Assembly (NCBI GenBank): GCA_002633005.1
Contig: NMRA01000418.1
Span: 144,435 to 181,015, forward strand
Source: Phoronis australis
Taxonomy: Eukaryota > Animalia > Phoronida
Length of the DNA stretch: 36,581 nucleotides
Reading direction: 5' to 3'
Positions 34,991 to 36,581 of this stretch are shown one piece after another; the first letter of the stretch is position 1; every line of letters begins with the position of its first letter. The notes below the pieces were generated by a model, which saw only the letters and a program-made list of their open reading frames with translations, was not told the origin of the DNA and made no database searches. Both the position numbers and the translations under genes were made by a program.

Positions 34991-35809
34991 CTGTAAATCA
35001 TAATTCAGTTGCACGATGAATATTCTTATACAATGTACGTATCTATACTTCAAAGTTGAGGCTCAAAAGAAATGAAAAAGCAAGAGGCGAAATTTTATAG
35101 TGGTTGTACAGGAATGTCTGCTTTCTCTTATTTATACTAAACTGAAAGAAATGAAACTAAACTTTAGCACCAAGGCGTTCACAAATTTCTATGTCTTAGT
35201 ACCAAAAAACTTGTTGATCTGTAGTTAGAGCAGCCAGGACTGGGAATCCTGACATGTTTGACATAGTCATAGCGCCACCATGTGGATTAGGTTCTAAAAG
35301 TTCCCATTGCAACAAATTCCCTGGTGGAGCAGGAGTACATGTACCTTCCAACAAATGATGACCTAACAAAACCTGCGAAACATGTTCACAAAGAAGTCAG
35401 CCCCGATGAGAGAAAGTTGGATAAACTCATAAGAAAAGTGGACTGTAGCTGTGTGACTGACTAACAAAATTCAAATTAAAAAAAAAAACAGCCAAATAAG
35501 AAAACGAACATGCTTTTACAAGTTGCAAATAAAAGTCACCATACTACCATTATGTAATTGAAATACCTTATAAATGCATTTGCGTGAAATCAATAAAAAG
35601 ACAGTTCTGATACTTGGGAAGGTAAGAGCATTTCCCTAAGACGTCCCTTCAACAAAGTGTACTGTTCGGTTTACTTCATTCCTTGCACCATTTCCGCAAC
35701 ATTTGGAAAATTAGGTTTTCAACAATGTCCAATTTGAGGACTCATGTTTCGACTCCAGTCACAGGAGACGTTACGATGAAGGCCTGGTTCAATAAAGGAC
35801 AATATTTAT

Positions 35810-36077
35810 TATTCAGAAACATCAGCTCTTAATTCAGGATCGTCTGTTGGATGACTGGGTTGACTTGCCGAGCCCGAGGCCGCTTCTCTCGCGGGAGGAT
35901 CCAGTTCGTAAGGCTCAAAGTAGAAAAGTACGAAGCCGGAAGCAAATTCAACTTGTTCTCGCTTTCGTGCAACCCTGTTTCCTCATCCTAGCCACCGTTC
36001 CCGTACATTTCTTCATAGTATTCGTTCAATTCTTGCTCATAATCGTCGTCGCTTTCAAATTCCCTGCTCTCCGCCAT
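35810..36077 (-). pseudogene. Possible decayed first exon of a Kolobok accessory (KolX / P2X7-C-terminus-like) gene
   Basis: ATG at 36077 gives MAESREFESDDDYEQELNEYYEEMYGNGG*DEE. After a frameshift it reads FEPYELDPPAREAA...DDPELRADVSE. An acidic leader with a PYxxxP motif resembles these proteins, but the diagnostic Cys-rich part is not securely found. Confidence 0.35.
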
Positions 36078-36259
36078 TGTTCAATGCTAGTCACTGATCT
36101 CTTGTGTTCAACCCATGACTTCACATGGCGGGAAATGTGAAAATTGGCAAAATTGAAAGTAAAATCAAAATTTCGAGCTAATTACACAAAATAAACATGG
36201 GTTTAGCTAAATTTTACGTCATACATTTAGTCTATGGCCACCGGTAATTCAAAATGTGC

Positions 36260-36480
36260 AAAAATCCATGGTGTGTACTGTTTAATGGAAAGCAATTTAC
36301 CAAATTTCATAAAAATTCGCCAAGGAACGTCAAAGAAAATTAGAAAAAGTGAAAAATGAAACTGCCACTAGGGGGCACAGCTTTCGTTGGGCCTATCCTG
36401 AAGTCGCCTTTCAATGCCAATGTCATATAAATACACTTGTAAAATTTAACAAAGATTTTGCAATGGGTTTAGGAGATATT
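36260..36480 (+). repeat. Partial copy of the 13300-14600 repeat family
   Basis: ccaaatttcataaaaattcg, aaactgccactagggggcac and gtcatataaatacacttgtaaaatttaacaaagat all match the array monomers. Confidence 0.8.
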
Positions 36481-36581
36481 CATGTACCTATGGAAGGAAA
36501 AATGCCTAGGAGGGGGTCGTACTGAAATCCCCTCGACCCACGATCCCCTTGACCCACAACACCCTCGATTCAGGATCCAGG

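Noticed and set aside
35640-35710. Minus-strand CCGN...M...C reading as the Cys-rich second exon of the KolX-like remnant
   Set aside because: It needs several frameshifts, and the same DNA (attcctt..acca..t.cgcaacatttggaaaa) recurs at ~34190-34225, so it is more simply a local repeat.

Overview
AT-rich eukaryotic genomic DNA, probably from a marine invertebrate (inferred from the repeat content, not proven), with an assembly gap at 30855-31530. Almost all ORFs in the supplied track are spurious. The real host coding sequence is a minus-strand immunoglobulin-superfamily gene with two phase-1/phase-1 exons. The first is a V-set-like exon (12135-12500) that lacks both canonical cysteines and the core tryptophan. 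It splices in frame across a ~9.85 kb intron to a disulfide-type C2-set exon (1963-2286), and the gene continues beyond position 1. Upstream on the same strand are two paralogous 36-nt symmetric micro-exons (34955-34990, 34401-34436) and a possible tyrosine-motif terminal exon, which hint at a neighbouring receptor gene. The rest is nested transposon debris: a 5'-truncated CR1/L2-group LINE, a decayed Penelope-like retroelement, a probable solo LTR, TTAA-targeting Kolobok-like elements, hAT- and pogo-type non-autonomous elements, and THAP remnants. There is also a ~140-bp-period array of co-oriented CTCF-consensus-like motifs and an excess of TACATGTA footprints. No prokaryotic system, CRISPR array, rRNA or tRNA is supported.
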